Notes: generated by a model not told the origin, from the sequence alone. 64,000 nucleotides of DNA from a virus (IMGVR_UViG_3300005326_000040:64001-128000); one strand, 5' to 3'. Counted from the first letter of the stretch, positions 8,480-16,848 are shown. Numbers and translations: made by a program.

Positions 8480-8755
8480 ATGGCACGTCGTAATGCTGCT
8501 CGTCGGGCTCGCAATTCAAAGAGGTCTGCCCTCGTGACTGCCGCTATTCAGATGGCTTGCAATGCGGGCTCCGGGCTTCAACTCTTCGTCGGAGCCTCCG
8601 TCGAGGAGTGTGAGCATGATTACGCGAAGAGCCTCGGTGCGGAAGCTGCAAGGCTCCGCTCGGGGCTCTTGGGATACGGGCTCAATATGGCGGCATTCCG
8701 CCATGAACCGCCCGTCGTTCAAGACTACGTGAGGAACTACATCCTCCTCGCATAG
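8480..8755 (+). CDS. Hypothetical protein
   Basis: AAGGAG SD; followed by hairpin R2. Confidence 0.8.
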   Translation: MARRNAARRARNSKRSALVTAAIQMACNAGSGLQLFVGASVEECEHDYAKSLGAEAARLRSGLLGYGLNMAAFRHEPPVVQDYVRNYILLA

Positions 8756-8760
8756 TTTTG

Positions 8761-8823
8761 CCGCCGACGTTTGCCCCTGTATCGGCCTTCGGGCCGGTAT
8801 GGGGGCGTTCTTTCGGCGGTTAA
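8761..8823 (+). repeat. Intergenic hairpin R2
   Basis: CCGCCGA...GCCCC...ggccTTCGggcc...GGGGC-gttctt-TCGGCGG-TTAA. Confidence 0.9.
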
Positions 8824-8867
8824 CAAGCTCCAGTGGGGTAACCAGTCCCCCATGAAAGGATATTACC

Positions 8868-9086
8868 ATGTACAAGTCCAATTCATTCGGCTCTCTCGGC
8901 GCGTCCCTTGGCGTGGCGAAGGTGCGGGAGCTTTCCCGCGCACTTCATGTCGCCGACTCCCGCCGTGAGGCGGCGAATGTGCAGAAGCTCATCGAGGCGA
9001 AAGCCTCTGAGATGCGTCGTTCGCTGAAGAATCCCGAGAGCTATGCTCTCGTGATCAATGCCCTCAAGAAGGAGGGCAAGCTGTAG
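8868..9086 (+). CDS. Small basic hypothetical protein
   Basis: AAAGGA-tattacc-ATG. Confidence 0.8.
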   Translation: MYKSNSFGSLGASLGVAKVRELSRALHVADSRREAANVQKLIEAKASEMRRSLKNPESYALVINALKKEGKL

Positions 9087-9095
9087 AGCGGGATT

Positions 9096-9158
9096 CCGCC
9101 GATGTTTGCCCCTGCTTTGGCCTTCGGGCCATTGTGGGGGCGTTCTTTCGGCGGTTAA
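9096..9158 (+). repeat. Intergenic hairpin R3
   Basis: Same consensus. Confidence 0.9.
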
Positions 9159-9170
9159 AGGAGGCGCAAT

Positions 9171-9458
9171 ATGAGTGCGCTCGAACGCAAGAAGGCCGCG
9201 AAGCTGGAAGCGCGGCGAAAGAAGTGTATTCTCTACGAGACAGCCAAGAAGGTTGTCTATAGCGCTGGCACTAAACAGGTGTCAGCAATGGTAAGCCGTC
9301 CGATGGCTTGCCCTCACTCGGACTTCACATACGACTTGTGGGAAGTCGTTGTTTTCAACAGCGACAATTCCACCTGTCGTGCCAGTTGCTATCTTCCAAA
9401 GGAGGAGGCTCTTGCTCTTGCTCGTAATTGGGCAATTGAGTTTGGAGCCATTCTTTGA
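9171..9458 (+). CDS. Hypothetical protein
   Basis: AAGGAGG SD directly after R3. Confidence 0.8.
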   Translation: MSALERKKAAKLEARRKKCILYETAKKVVYSAGTKQVSAMVSRPMACPHSDFTYDLWEVVVFNSDNSTCRASCYLPKEEALALARNWAIEFGAIL

Positions 9459-9461
9459 TAC

Positions 9462-9525
9462 CCGCCGATGTTCGCCCCTTTCTCAGCCATTCTGGCTGGG
9501 GGAGGGGCCTTCTATCGGCGGTTAA
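9462..9525 (+). repeat. Intergenic hairpin R4
   Basis: Same consensus with compensatory changes. Confidence 0.9.
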
Positions 9526-9528
9526 GAA

Positions 9529-9666
9529 TGCCAGATATCGTCCCCACTTCCTTTTCCCGCAAGGATTAGGGGGTCAAGTTGAAGAAGGACAAACCGGGAT
9601 GAACAATCCTGGAGGGACGGAGAGCTTTCGAGTTCTCAGGTGGTTCAATTCCATCATCTGGCACCA
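9529..9666 (+). ncRNA. 138-nt tRNA-like RNA: 8-bp acceptor, T-arm and CCA with a large inserted domain
   Basis: TGCCAGAT/ATCTGGCA-CCA; GGTGG-TTCAATT-CCATC; GAGAGC/GTTCTC hairpin; CGTCCC/GGGACG enclosing about 70 nt with sub-hairpins. Confidence 0.7.
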
Positions 9667-9762
9667 AAGCAAGTGTGTATCTTTAGGAGTTTGGGATTGT
9701 TTTTGCTCCGGAGTTCGGGAGCAAAGCATAATCATTCTCCTAAAGAACACAAAGGAGGAGAG

Positions 9763-9999
9763 ATGCTGACGAAAACGAATGCAAGAAGGTTGGTGGAGAT
9801 TGTTGCGCAGATAAAAGACTTGTCTGCCAAGAACGGCATGATCGATCAACGCCACGAAGATGTGGCGAAGATTCTGGGGACGTATAAGGAGGATGAATAT
9901 CCTTCTGAAGAAGACCCCGAGTGGCGCAAGAACAACGACGAGATTGGCAATCTCTACAACGAGCTTCTGTCCATCATCAACACAAGTCTCCCCCTGTAG
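9763..9999 (+). CDS. Hypothetical protein
   Basis: AAGGAGG SD, ATG 9763. Confidence 0.75.
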   Translation: MLTKTNARRLVEIVAQIKDLSAKNGMIDQRHEDVAKILGTYKEDEYPSEEDPEWRKNNDEIGNLYNELLSIINTSLPL

Positions 10000-10005
10000 A
10001 GACTT

Positions 10006-10067
10006 CCGCCGATTACCCGCCCCTTTTCAGCCTTCGGGCTGAGGAGGGGCGCCCTTTCGGCGGTTAA
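10006..10067 (+). repeat. Intergenic hairpin R5
   Basis: Same consensus. Confidence 0.9.
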
Positions 10068-10069
10068 AA

Positions 10070-10340
10070 GCTACACCCTATCCCAAGTATGTTCTCGTTC
10101 TCTCCATTATGGTATGGTTTTCAGTAGGGGGTAAAACATAAACCCCTTCTGGAAACTCTACCTCAACAATTCCCGATGTTTCTTTGTGTAGGGTTGTTGC
10201 CTACACGAGAGATAAAAGGATAGTTGATAGTATGACCCCCACCAAAGGGTCATTTATTAATGGGTAGAGGGTGAGAACAAACCTGGAGTGGAATTATCGA
10301 ATCGCCTGATAGGCGGCCTGGGGGCGGAACAACAACTCGG
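10070..10340 (+). ncRNA. Structured intergenic RNA, homologous to 6075-6345
   Basis: Shared co-linear motifs; GTGTAGG/CCTACAC and TGACCC/GGGTCA hairpins. Confidence 0.55.
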
Positions 10341-10343
10341 AGA

Positions 10344-10886
10344 ATGATCATGAAGACGACTTCCAAGATGAACGCGCTTCTGAATGCGGCCTGTGACCAT
10401 GCGAAGGCGCGTGGTCGTTTCCCCATGTACTTGGACCCGGTTAGGTTCGAGTTTGACGGGGACAGTGACTGTTACTTCGCCGCAAGAGCGAGGGACTTCA
10501 CGTTCTCCAAAGGGGCCGCAGCGATCATTGGTGCCGACATGATCGTCACCATGTTCGCGGGGGAGGAGCAGTGGGGAATGTTCTTCTCTACTCGTGAGTT
10601 GCTTGACCCCGAAACGCTCAAGTGGCTCAAGGATTCCGACCACTTGTTGGAAGACGAGTGGAAAGCAGCGGAGTCCTTGGCGAAGAAGGCCGAGCAACTC
10701 GCCTCTCAGGCGCGAGTTTCGGCCTTGAAGGCTCGTGAAGCGAGCCTCAGTGCCAACGACTTCCAGGTGGTCATGGTGGAGATTGAGCGAAAGCCCATCT
10801 TCGCCGCGCTGCCTGAGACAGTGGAAGTTCATCCCGTCTTCAGTCAGATCAACCGAGAGGTTGATTTCGATTGCAACTGGGATTGA
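10344..10886 (+). CDS. Hypothetical protein
   Basis: GGAG SD, GC-biased codons. Confidence 0.85.
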   Translation: MIMKTTSKMNALLNAACDHAKARGRFPMYLDPVRFEFDGDSDCYFAARARDFTFSKGAAAIIGADMIVTMFAGEEQWGMFFSTRELLDPETLKWLKDSDHLLEDEWKAAESLAKKAEQLASQARVSALKAREASLSANDFQVVMVEIERKPIFAALPETVEVHPVFSQINREVDFDCNWD

Positions 10887-10896
10887 ACCTGTTTCT

Positions 10897-10961
10897 CCGC
10901 CGATTGTTTGCCCCTGCTTTCGCCTTTCGAGGCGATTGAGGGGCATTCTTTCGGCGGTTAA
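10897..10961 (+). repeat. Intergenic hairpin R6
   Basis: Same consensus. Confidence 0.9.
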
Positions 10962-10983
10962 CAAGCAACCACTGGAGGCTGCT

Positions 10984-11232
10984 ATGAAGAAGCTGTGGTT
11001 TTGGGTGCATAGTGCGCCCACGGGGTTCGTCAAGGATGCTGATCGTCATGTTGTTGTGATGGCGATTGCTACCGAGGACGAGATTTATGGCCCTGGTATC
11101 GGTCTCGACAACTGGCACGAGACTGGTATCGAGGGCACTCTTGATGGTTGCCTCGCGACCCTCAAGAAGAATCATCCATGCGTCAACATGGAGACAATCC
11201 TCGGCGGCTGTTTGGGTTACGCCGTCGAATAA
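10984..11232 (+). CDS. Hypothetical protein
   Basis: GGAGG SD, ATG 10984. Confidence 0.75.
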   Translation: MKKLWFWVHSAPTGFVKDADRHVVVMAIATEDEIYGPGIGLDNWHETGIEGTLDGCLATLKKNHPCVNMETILGGCLGYAVE

Positions 11233-11234
11233 TA

Positions 11235-11545
11235 GTGGCTGATAAGTTGCTATCAAGAAAGGGCAGGAACGTATAGGAGTAACAATCCTAGTTCGAGTCT
11301 CCCCATAGGAAAGATAGGGCAAAGCCCACGTTGGACAATCTTTCCGCAGGTTTAGGCGAGCCAACCTATGGATGACTATAAACGGTTATAAGGCTCAGGG
11401 TCCAATGTTACTAGGTTAGGAAGGAGACCCAATGTAACGATAGCGGGTCTGGAGACAACTGAATAGCCCACCCTTCGGCAAGGTGGGCAATCTTAAGGGT
11501 ATGACTATTATGGTTGTATCCTTAAGATTGCCCAATTAGCCCCAA
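11235..11545 (+). ncRNA. About 310-nt structured intergenic RNA candidate with a pseudoknot
   Basis: CCATAGG/CCTATGG and GTTGG/CCAAC helices; crossing GTTAC/GTAAC and AGACCC/GGGTCT; 14-bp perfect inverted repeat 11485-11498/11520-11533. Confidence 0.55.
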
Positions 11546-11568
11546 CATATACCTGAGAGGAAAGAGTC

Positions 11569-11925
11569 ATGATCAAGGTGTGTTTCAACGAAGTGCCTGC
11601 CAATGTGGCGCAGTTCGTGGCGAAGAACATCCAGTCGGCGCAAATCGTGCGAGCGGCACGACCGGCGCCGATTGCGGCAGGAATGAAGCATTCGCCCAAT
11701 GTCATTGGAGGACGCCGTTACGGCAAGTACTCCAGGGGCGATAAGAACCGTAACCTCCGTAAGTCGGTGACGACCTATGGAGGACACACCTTCAAAGAGT
11801 TGATGGTGTTGATGGGCAACTCCGTGCCGATCAGCCAACTTCTCGCCATGAAGGAGACGAGGGAGTATTACGTCGGTGTTCGTCACGAATCGTGGAAGAA
11901 GTTCCGCGACCATCAGTGGAGGTAG
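11569..11925 (+). CDS. Basic hypothetical protein
   Basis: GAGG SD. Confidence 0.8.
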   Translation: MIKVCFNEVPANVAQFVAKNIQSAQIVRAARPAPIAAGMKHSPNVIGGRRYGKYSRGDKNRNLRKSVTTYGGHTFKELMVLMGNSVPISQLLAMKETREYYVGVRHESWKKFRDHQWR

Positions 11926-11929
11926 TTCG

Positions 11930-12106
11930 ATGGAAAGGTATCAGTGGGAAGCCTTGGCGGAGACGTTGTTGATGCTCTCTCGTGCTCAGACCATGAGCGG
12001 TTTGAATTACGAACGGGTTCGACAGTTCGTCCGTGGAGAGAGGCCGCTGTCGCGGCGAATTCGCCGGTCGATCAACATCCTCTCCAGAACCGTATTCGAT
12101 AAGTAG
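11930..12106 (+). CDS. Small Arg-rich protein
   Basis: GGAGG SD, ATG 11930. Confidence 0.7.
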   Translation: MERYQWEALAETLLMLSRAQTMSGLNYERVRQFVRGERPLSRRIRRSINILSRTVFDK

Positions 12107-12167
12107 TTCTGTTCGCCCCTGCTTTGGCCCTTCGGGGCCATTGTGGGGGCGATTCATTGGCAGTTAA
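12107..12167 (+). repeat. Intergenic hairpin R7
   Basis: TTCGCCCCT...ggcccTTCGgggcc...GGGGGCGA...GTTAA; outer stem decayed. Confidence 0.8.
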
Positions 12168-12178
12168 GGAGAGGTCCA

Positions 12179-12346
12179 ATGGAGAAGCTTCTTCAAGTGA
12201 TGAGGTCGAGGAAGTGCTCCTATACGGAGTACATTGAATTGAGGCTCGCCGTATTGGCCGACATCGGCAAGGGCGGCGACGAACTGGTAGCAAAAATCTT
12301 TCGGGGGTTGGGGATTCCGATTCCTGTGGACCCTCGTTACAACTAG
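12179..12346 (+). CDS. Small hypothetical protein
   Basis: AAGGAG SD after R7. Confidence 0.7.
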   Translation: MEKLLQVMRSRKCSYTEYIELRLAVLADIGKGGDELVAKIFRGLGIPIPVDPRYN

Positions 12347-12378
12347 GGTTCCTTCTCGCCGAAAGAAAGGAACACGTC

Positions 12379-12678
12379 ATGCTCTTTGAAGTGCGACCGC
12401 CGAATTCAATGAAGAACGTCATGGTGACGTTTGAATCGAGTACTCGGCGGGAAACAGCTGCCGCAAATGCTGCTGTTGAATCAGTTCTCAAAGATGAGGA
12501 CTTGCAGCCTTTTCATCAGATGGGCTGTGACCCTTTCTACGGGAACGACGCTCCCGGCATTCATGGTTGGGAAATCTGGGTTGACGGGGAGAACATTGCG
12601 CGGGTGGCGGCGCTTCTTCCAAAGATCCAGACCATCTACGAGAAGGAGTATATCCTTCGGGACTGGATGGAGGATTGA
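12379..12678 (+). CDS. Hypothetical protein
   Basis: AAGGA SD. Confidence 0.8.
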   Translation: MLFEVRPPNSMKNVMVTFESSTRRETAAANAAVESVLKDEDLQPFHQMGCDPFYGNDAPGIHGWEIWVDGENIARVAALLPKIQTIYEKEYILRDWMED

Positions 12679-12710
12679 ATTGGCAGGTTCGATTCCTATC
12701 CGTTCGGCCA
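12663..12710 (+). ncRNA. Possible tRNA minihelix or 3' tRNA remnant
   Basis: GCAGG-TTCGATT-CCTAT (one mismatch) then CCGTTCGG-CCA; weak GU-rich partner CTGGATGG overlaps the upstream gene end. Confidence 0.3.
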
Positions 12711-12726
12711 AGGAAGGAGATGAATC

Positions 12727-13038
12727 ATGAAGGTTCGTATGATGATTCTGGTTGATGGACAGTATCGTTGGGTCGATAGCAAATTCAAAAGCAGCTTGGA
12801 AGCTGCTCAGGAGGTGAGTATTCCCTATATCGCTGGTGCATCTCGTGGTGAGGAGGGGTGCATCGAAGTCACTGGCAACAAGGTGACTTTCGTCGGCTAT
12901 CCCGTCAACGTTCTTATCAGTGAGGATGAGAACCCGATCACCATGGTCATGTCTGTGAGGGAGCAGAACATGGTCAAGGAGTCGTATCCTTGCACGCCCG
13001 AAGAAGTCAACGAGATGAGGGCCGCCAACAAGGAATAA
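12727..13038 (+). CDS. Hypothetical protein, paralog of 22215-22526
   Basis: LVDG..RWVDS.F...GEEGCIEV.G..V.F..(Y/F)P. Confidence 0.85.
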   Translation: MKVRMMILVDGQYRWVDSKFKSSLEAAQEVSIPYIAGASRGEEGCIEVTGNKVTFVGYPVNVLISEDENPITMVMSVREQNMVKESYPCTPEEVNEMRAANKE

Positions 13039-13042
13039 CCGT

Positions 13043-13204
13043 ATGGAGCAATACGTTCACGACTTCGGCATCATCTGGCAAGTGATGTGTAAGACCTACA
13101 TTGCCCACATTCTTTTTGTGTGGGTGATGGTGGTGTTCACAGTTGAGAAGTGGCAGGAGTATCAGGAGGCCAGGGTGATGGTTCTCCGAAAGCTCCATAA
13201 GTAA
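13043..13204 (+). CDS. Small membrane protein (53 aa, not in track)
   Basis: MEQYVHDFGIIWQVMCKTYIAHILFVWVMVVFTVEKW...; AAGGA SD. Confidence 0.65.
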   Translation: MEQYVHDFGIIWQVMCKTYIAHILFVWVMVVFTVEKWQEYQEARVMVLRKLHK

Positions 13205-13217
13205 GGGAGAAGAGAGA

Positions 13218-13520
13218 ATGAAGAAGGTTGTGTTCGCATTCATCCTCGCCGCTATCGTTAGTGGTTGTGCCAAACCGGAGCCGAAGGTTCCTGTTGTTTC
13301 CCAGCAGCCCCAAGTGGCGCGGGTCATCTATACCGAGAAGGATTCTCCTCTCGACTATACAATCCGCGCCGAACAGGCTGTGATCGAAGGGGGTAGGACG
13401 GCGAAGCAGGCTGCCAGTCAGGCATATGATTGGGCAGCAAAGGAAGCGGAGGAGTTGGCCGACAAGGCGCGACGCGCCAAGAAGGCGGCCAAGGAAAAGA
13501 TTCACGAGATGACGGAGTGA
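13218..13520 (+). CDS. Predicted lipoprotein
   Basis: MKKVVFAFILAAIVSGC lipobox. Confidence 0.8.
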   Translation: MKKVVFAFILAAIVSGCAKPEPKVPVVSQQPQVARVIYTEKDSPLDYTIRAEQAVIEGGRTAKQAASQAYDWAAKEAEELADKARRAKKAAKEKIHEMTE

Positions 13521-13534
13521 CGTAGTGACGTAGT

Positions 13535-13597
13535 GGATGGTGTTCGCCCGTTATTCGGCTATAGAGCCGGGTGACGGGCGATGCTGTTTTCTTTTAA
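13535..13597 (+). repeat. Intergenic hairpin R8 (subfamily B), possibly terminator-like
   Basis: TCGCCCGTTA-TTCGGCT-atag-AGCCGGG-TGACGGGCGA-tgctgttttcttTTAA. Confidence 0.85.
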
Positions 13598-13624
13598 CGA
13601 GAGCCTTTCCCAAGGAGAAGTAAG

Positions 13625-13801
13625 ATGAGCAAGAACGAACTGATCGCGTTGGGGCTGGAAGCGCATGAAGTCGATTACATCGCCGAAGCGGTCGCCAAGA
13701 ATGGCGAAGTACTCGGCGACATCGTGCATGTGGACTTCTGCGTCAGCCCCAGGAGCGTTGGCGTGGAAACGGTGAATGAGGCGTACGACCTGGGACTGTG
13801 A
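13625..13801 (+). CDS. Small hypothetical protein (58 aa, not in track)
   Basis: AAGGAG SD; MSKNELIALGLEAHEVDYIAEAV... Confidence 0.7.
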   Translation: MSKNELIALGLEAHEVDYIAEAVAKNGEVLGDIVHVDFCVSPRSVGVETVNEAYDLGL

Positions 13802-13809
13802 GGTTCGTC

Positions 13810-14784
13810 ATGGGGTTAAATGAAGTCATCAATGGGCTGAAGCAGGGCAAGTCCTTCGAAAGGGCAGGGACGAGCACTGGTGGTGGGAAATATGTGGAAA
13901 AACTGATTGCTGTGAGTGCAATCTACTTCAAGCATCAGATCGTTGGCGCCATGAGTGGTCATGGTTGGGGAGGGTCGAGCCAGTTGGAGATCAATATCCT
14001 CAACAACGGTCGCTGGGACGAAGATGGATGGAAGGAGATTGCACCAGCCAGAGGTGAACAGTCATAAGTGGAGCAAACGATGACAACGATTATCGTTAAC
14101 ATATCGGATGACCTTTCCCTTGCAGATCGTGCCTACACGGTGGACGATTTGCAATTCTTGCTGAGTGATGCCTTGCGGTCTCACGGGATTGGCTGTCACC
14201 TTACGGTGCTCCCAACCGAGACAGACGAGCAACGGATCATTCAGATCATCCAAGAAAGCAAAAGTGTTTTGCACGCCATCAAAAGCGTACGAAGCACTTT
14301 TGGGTTTGATCTGCTCACCTCCAAGAGAATCGTGGAAGACCTTATCGCCAAAGGTACAACTGTGGGCGGGAAGTTGTAGAGGGAGGACACCATGCCAGCA
14401 GTGAGTCGTAAAGAAATCGATCATGAGCGTGAAGTTGACGCTCAACTCAAAACGGACCTTTGTAACCTTGCATGGTACGGGTCCGACAATCCTGAGGTTG
14501 TCAAACGAGCGGAGGCCAAGGAACGTGAGTGGAGCGAGAAGCACTATCGCTCTTTCATGGACGACCAGTTGGAGAGTCTTCGTTGTACTCTGCACAAAGA
14601 GATGATGGAAGACTTGTTGGATGACGATTTGGAAGCCTGTCAAGACAGGAGGGCAACTTCCAGGGACATCAGCGATGACCCTTACGACGCTCTGGACTTC
14701 CACGAGCCTTCGCCGTATGTCGAACAGGAGCCGGACTACGAGTCGGCGGCCGAAGAGTTCGCAGATTACGACGAGTACGATTGA
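13810..14784 (+). other. Three hypothetical CDSs
   Basis: 13810-14067, 14068-14379, 14392-14784 (acidic C-terminus). Confidence 0.75.
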
Positions 14785-14795
14785 AGGGAGGAGAT

Positions 14796-15233
14796 ATGAT
14801 TCACATCTATACAAGCACTGTGGTTCCTCTCGCCACGGTGGAGAATCACGTCGGCTATATGGCTGACCTTAATCTGCTTGAAGACTACAGGTTGGTTCAT
14901 CTCGATCACACTGCTCCGCACAACTTTCAGGCGGAAGAAGCGGAGAAGGTGATTGAGAAGCACAAGGCCAAGCCGCGCTTCATCTACGCGGTTGCTTGTG
15001 TGATGGAACCGGCGATTCTCCGGATTCTTCGGAGGGTCAGGGAGGGCAAGCTTTCCCACGAAGATGTCAAGGTTTTCGTTCTCTCATACGACGCCAACGA
15101 AAAGGAGGAAGTTTGCGAGTGTCGAGTGGATGGCGATGGGGACTTCATTGACTCCTGGCCTGATGGGTTTTTCGAGGCATGTTCCAAAGAGTTGTTTGCG
15201 GAAGGGGATACTGATGGCACCACGAACGCCTGA
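14796..15233 (+). CDS. Stand-alone DUF3696-like protein (C-terminal module of ABC/AAA ATPases)
   Basis: AILRILRRVREGKLSHEDVKVF...CRVDGDGDFIDSWPDGFFE matches the recalled DUF3696 pattern; no Walker A. Confidence 0.6.
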   Translation: MIHIYTSTVVPLATVENHVGYMADLNLLEDYRLVHLDHTAPHNFQAEEAEKVIEKHKAKPRFIYAVACVMEPAILRILRRVREGKLSHEDVKVFVLSYDANEKEEVCECRVDGDGDFIDSWPDGFFEACSKELFAEGDTDGTTNA

Positions 15234-15855
15234 GAGCAATCGTAGGCCGCCGACGATTAGTGACAAGCAGTTGGTCAATCGTCGCATCCGAGTGGTCTAT
15301 CGGCGCCGCAGCATTGACTCCTATCACAACATCATCTATCACGATGATATCGAATGTGAGGGGGTTCTTCGGCTCAATCCTTCGGGATATGGGTTGACGG
15401 TGTTGACGGATGACGGTCGGTCGGTTGGGTACTTCCGCGCCGACTGTCCACTCCAACGCGACGAACCGATGCCCAGTGATTTCTCCCACATGAAGGGATA
15501 CGATGGGCACGCTGATTTGAGCTATGAGTTGACGCCGGTATCCGACGAAGTGATTCCGGTGGCGACACCGGAGAACGTCGGGGAACCGGCGAAGTCTCCG
15601 GTGATGTATTACCGAAGTGAGGCTCAAGGCGTTCTCAGGAACGACCTGAACAACACAGTCGTTGGTACGATGGAATCGTATCGAGTATGGGTCGTCACCC
15701 AGAATCAGTGGCTGGAGGTCACTGAAACAATTATGAAGATGTTGTATGGGTCGGAGAGTAATCTTCGGCGCTGGCATCCTCAGGGTGAAAAGGTTTCAAC
15801 GTTCTACGATCACTTCGAAAGGAACTTCCCTGGGGTATCCCTGGGACTTGCGTGA
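15214..15855 (+). CDS. Hypothetical protein
   Basis: ATG 15214 after AAGGGG. Confidence 0.8.
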   Translation: MAPRTPESNRRPPTISDKQLVNRRIRVVYRRRSIDSYHNIIYHDDIECEGVLRLNPSGYGLTVLTDDGRSVGYFRADCPLQRDEPMPSDFSHMKGYDGHADLSYELTPVSDEVIPVATPENVGEPAKSPVMYYRSEAQGVLRNDLNNTVVGTMESYRVWVVTQNQWLEVTETIMKMLYGSESNLRRWHPQGEKVSTFYDHFERNFPGVSLGLA

Positions 15856-15914
15856 GGGGTTGGTCGCCCGGTATCGTTCTTGGAACGGTATCGGGCGATG
15901 CTGTTTTTATTTAA
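15856..15914 (+). repeat. Intergenic hairpin R9 (subfamily B)
   Basis: TCGCCCGGTATCGTTC-ttg-GAACGGTATCGGGCGA-tgctgtttttatTTAA. Confidence 0.85.
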
Positions 15915-15933
15915 CGATACCAGGAGGATTACC

Positions 15934-16200
15934 ATGTGCATGTCGATTGACGACAAGGTTCCCTTCAAGTGGACGCCGCACGAGCAGGCTTCCCACGTTA
16001 TCATTGGATACTGTGCCAAGTGTGGAAGTGGCGGTATCATGATGACGGCGAAGAACGAACTGGAAGCCTACAGGATGAGGAAGTGGTATCGAGCCCACGG
16101 TTATCCGAAGGCTCGAATCGAACTGGACAATGAGGAGACCTCCAAGCAGGTTTCGGATGAGTTGACGGACCTCATCTGTTGGGAAGACTCTCACGTCTGA
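15934..16200 (+). CDS. Hypothetical protein with CxxC
   Basis: CAGGAGG-attacc-ATG. Confidence 0.75.
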   Translation: MCMSIDDKVPFKWTPHEQASHVIIGYCAKCGSGGIMMTAKNELEAYRMRKWYRAHGYPKARIELDNEETSKQVSDELTDLICWEDSHV

Positions 16201-16245
16201 GTCGGGATAACGCCGCAAAGAAATCCTTTTCAAAGGGAGAGAGTT

Positions 16246-16779
16246 ATGAACCAGAGCAACATGATTGCCATGGCTACGAGCCCTTCATCGTTCGACATGT
16301 TCAAGTTGACGGAGATTCTCGTCAACTGCGGAGGGACGATCTTCGGTGGGTTCGTGAGGGACATGGTGGCTGGGCAGTTGGACTTCGTGAGCGACATCGA
16401 CGTGAGTATGCGTCAGGAGTTCAAGCTCCAGTATCTCATGGCAAGGCTTATCAAAGAATACCAGCAAGTGCTGGTGTCGGCCTTGCCTGTGAAGAATTAC
16501 GGGAGAGGGAACCCCGACGGGTTCCGGTTGACTGTGGACGGTATTGATGTTGATATCGTTTGCGAGGCCGATCGAGGAATCCTTGACCTCGACGTGAATG
16601 GGCTCCTGTGGGACAATAATGGGTTGAGGTTGGATATCAGCCGATATCGTGTCAACGGGGACACCTTCGTTCAGTTGGTTCAACGGATTCAGCAGAAGCA
16701 GTTCCGTCGAATCGACGTTCCGCTGTGGCGGGAGAGGAAGGTGGCGAAGCTGAAGTCGATGGGGTGGACGGAAGTGTGA
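16246..16779 (+). CDS. Nucleotidyltransferase, tRNA-nucleotidyltransferase/poly(A) polymerase head domain only
   Basis: GGTIFGGFVRDM...SDIDV...DVDIV...DLDVNGL; 177 aa, lacks body/tail. Confidence 0.75.
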   Translation: MNQSNMIAMATSPSSFDMFKLTEILVNCGGTIFGGFVRDMVAGQLDFVSDIDVSMRQEFKLQYLMARLIKEYQQVLVSALPVKNYGRGNPDGFRLTVDGIDVDIVCEADRGILDLDVNGLLWDNNGLRLDISRYRVNGDTFVQLVQRIQQKQFRRIDVPLWRERKVAKLKSMGWTEV

Positions 16780-16785
16780 GGGTAG

Positions 16786-16848
16786 GGATGGTGTTCGCCC
16801 GTTATTCGGCTATAGAGCCGAGTGACGGGCGATGCTGTTTTCTTTTAA
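16786..16848 (+). repeat. Intergenic hairpin R10, near-identical to R8
   Basis: One substitution relative to 13535-13597. Confidence 0.9.

Noticed and set aside
9529-9666. tmRNA or tRNA-Sec
   Set aside because: Too short for tmRNA, with no GGGG acceptor, G3-U70 pair or tag ORF; the 8/5 stems recall tRNA-Sec but there is no UCA anticodon arm.
11235-11545. Group I intron or c-di-GMP riboswitch
   Set aside because: Only vague GACTA/GGTCC and GGCAAAG look-alikes; P3/P7/P8 order and splice sites could not be built, and it interrupts no gene.
7920-12167. R hairpins as integron attC sites (about 60 nt, end in GTTAA, one gene between repeats)
   Set aside because: No RYYYAAC inverse core at the left end, no extrahelical-base pattern and no integrase in view; cassette-like behaviour is kept only as a hypothesis.
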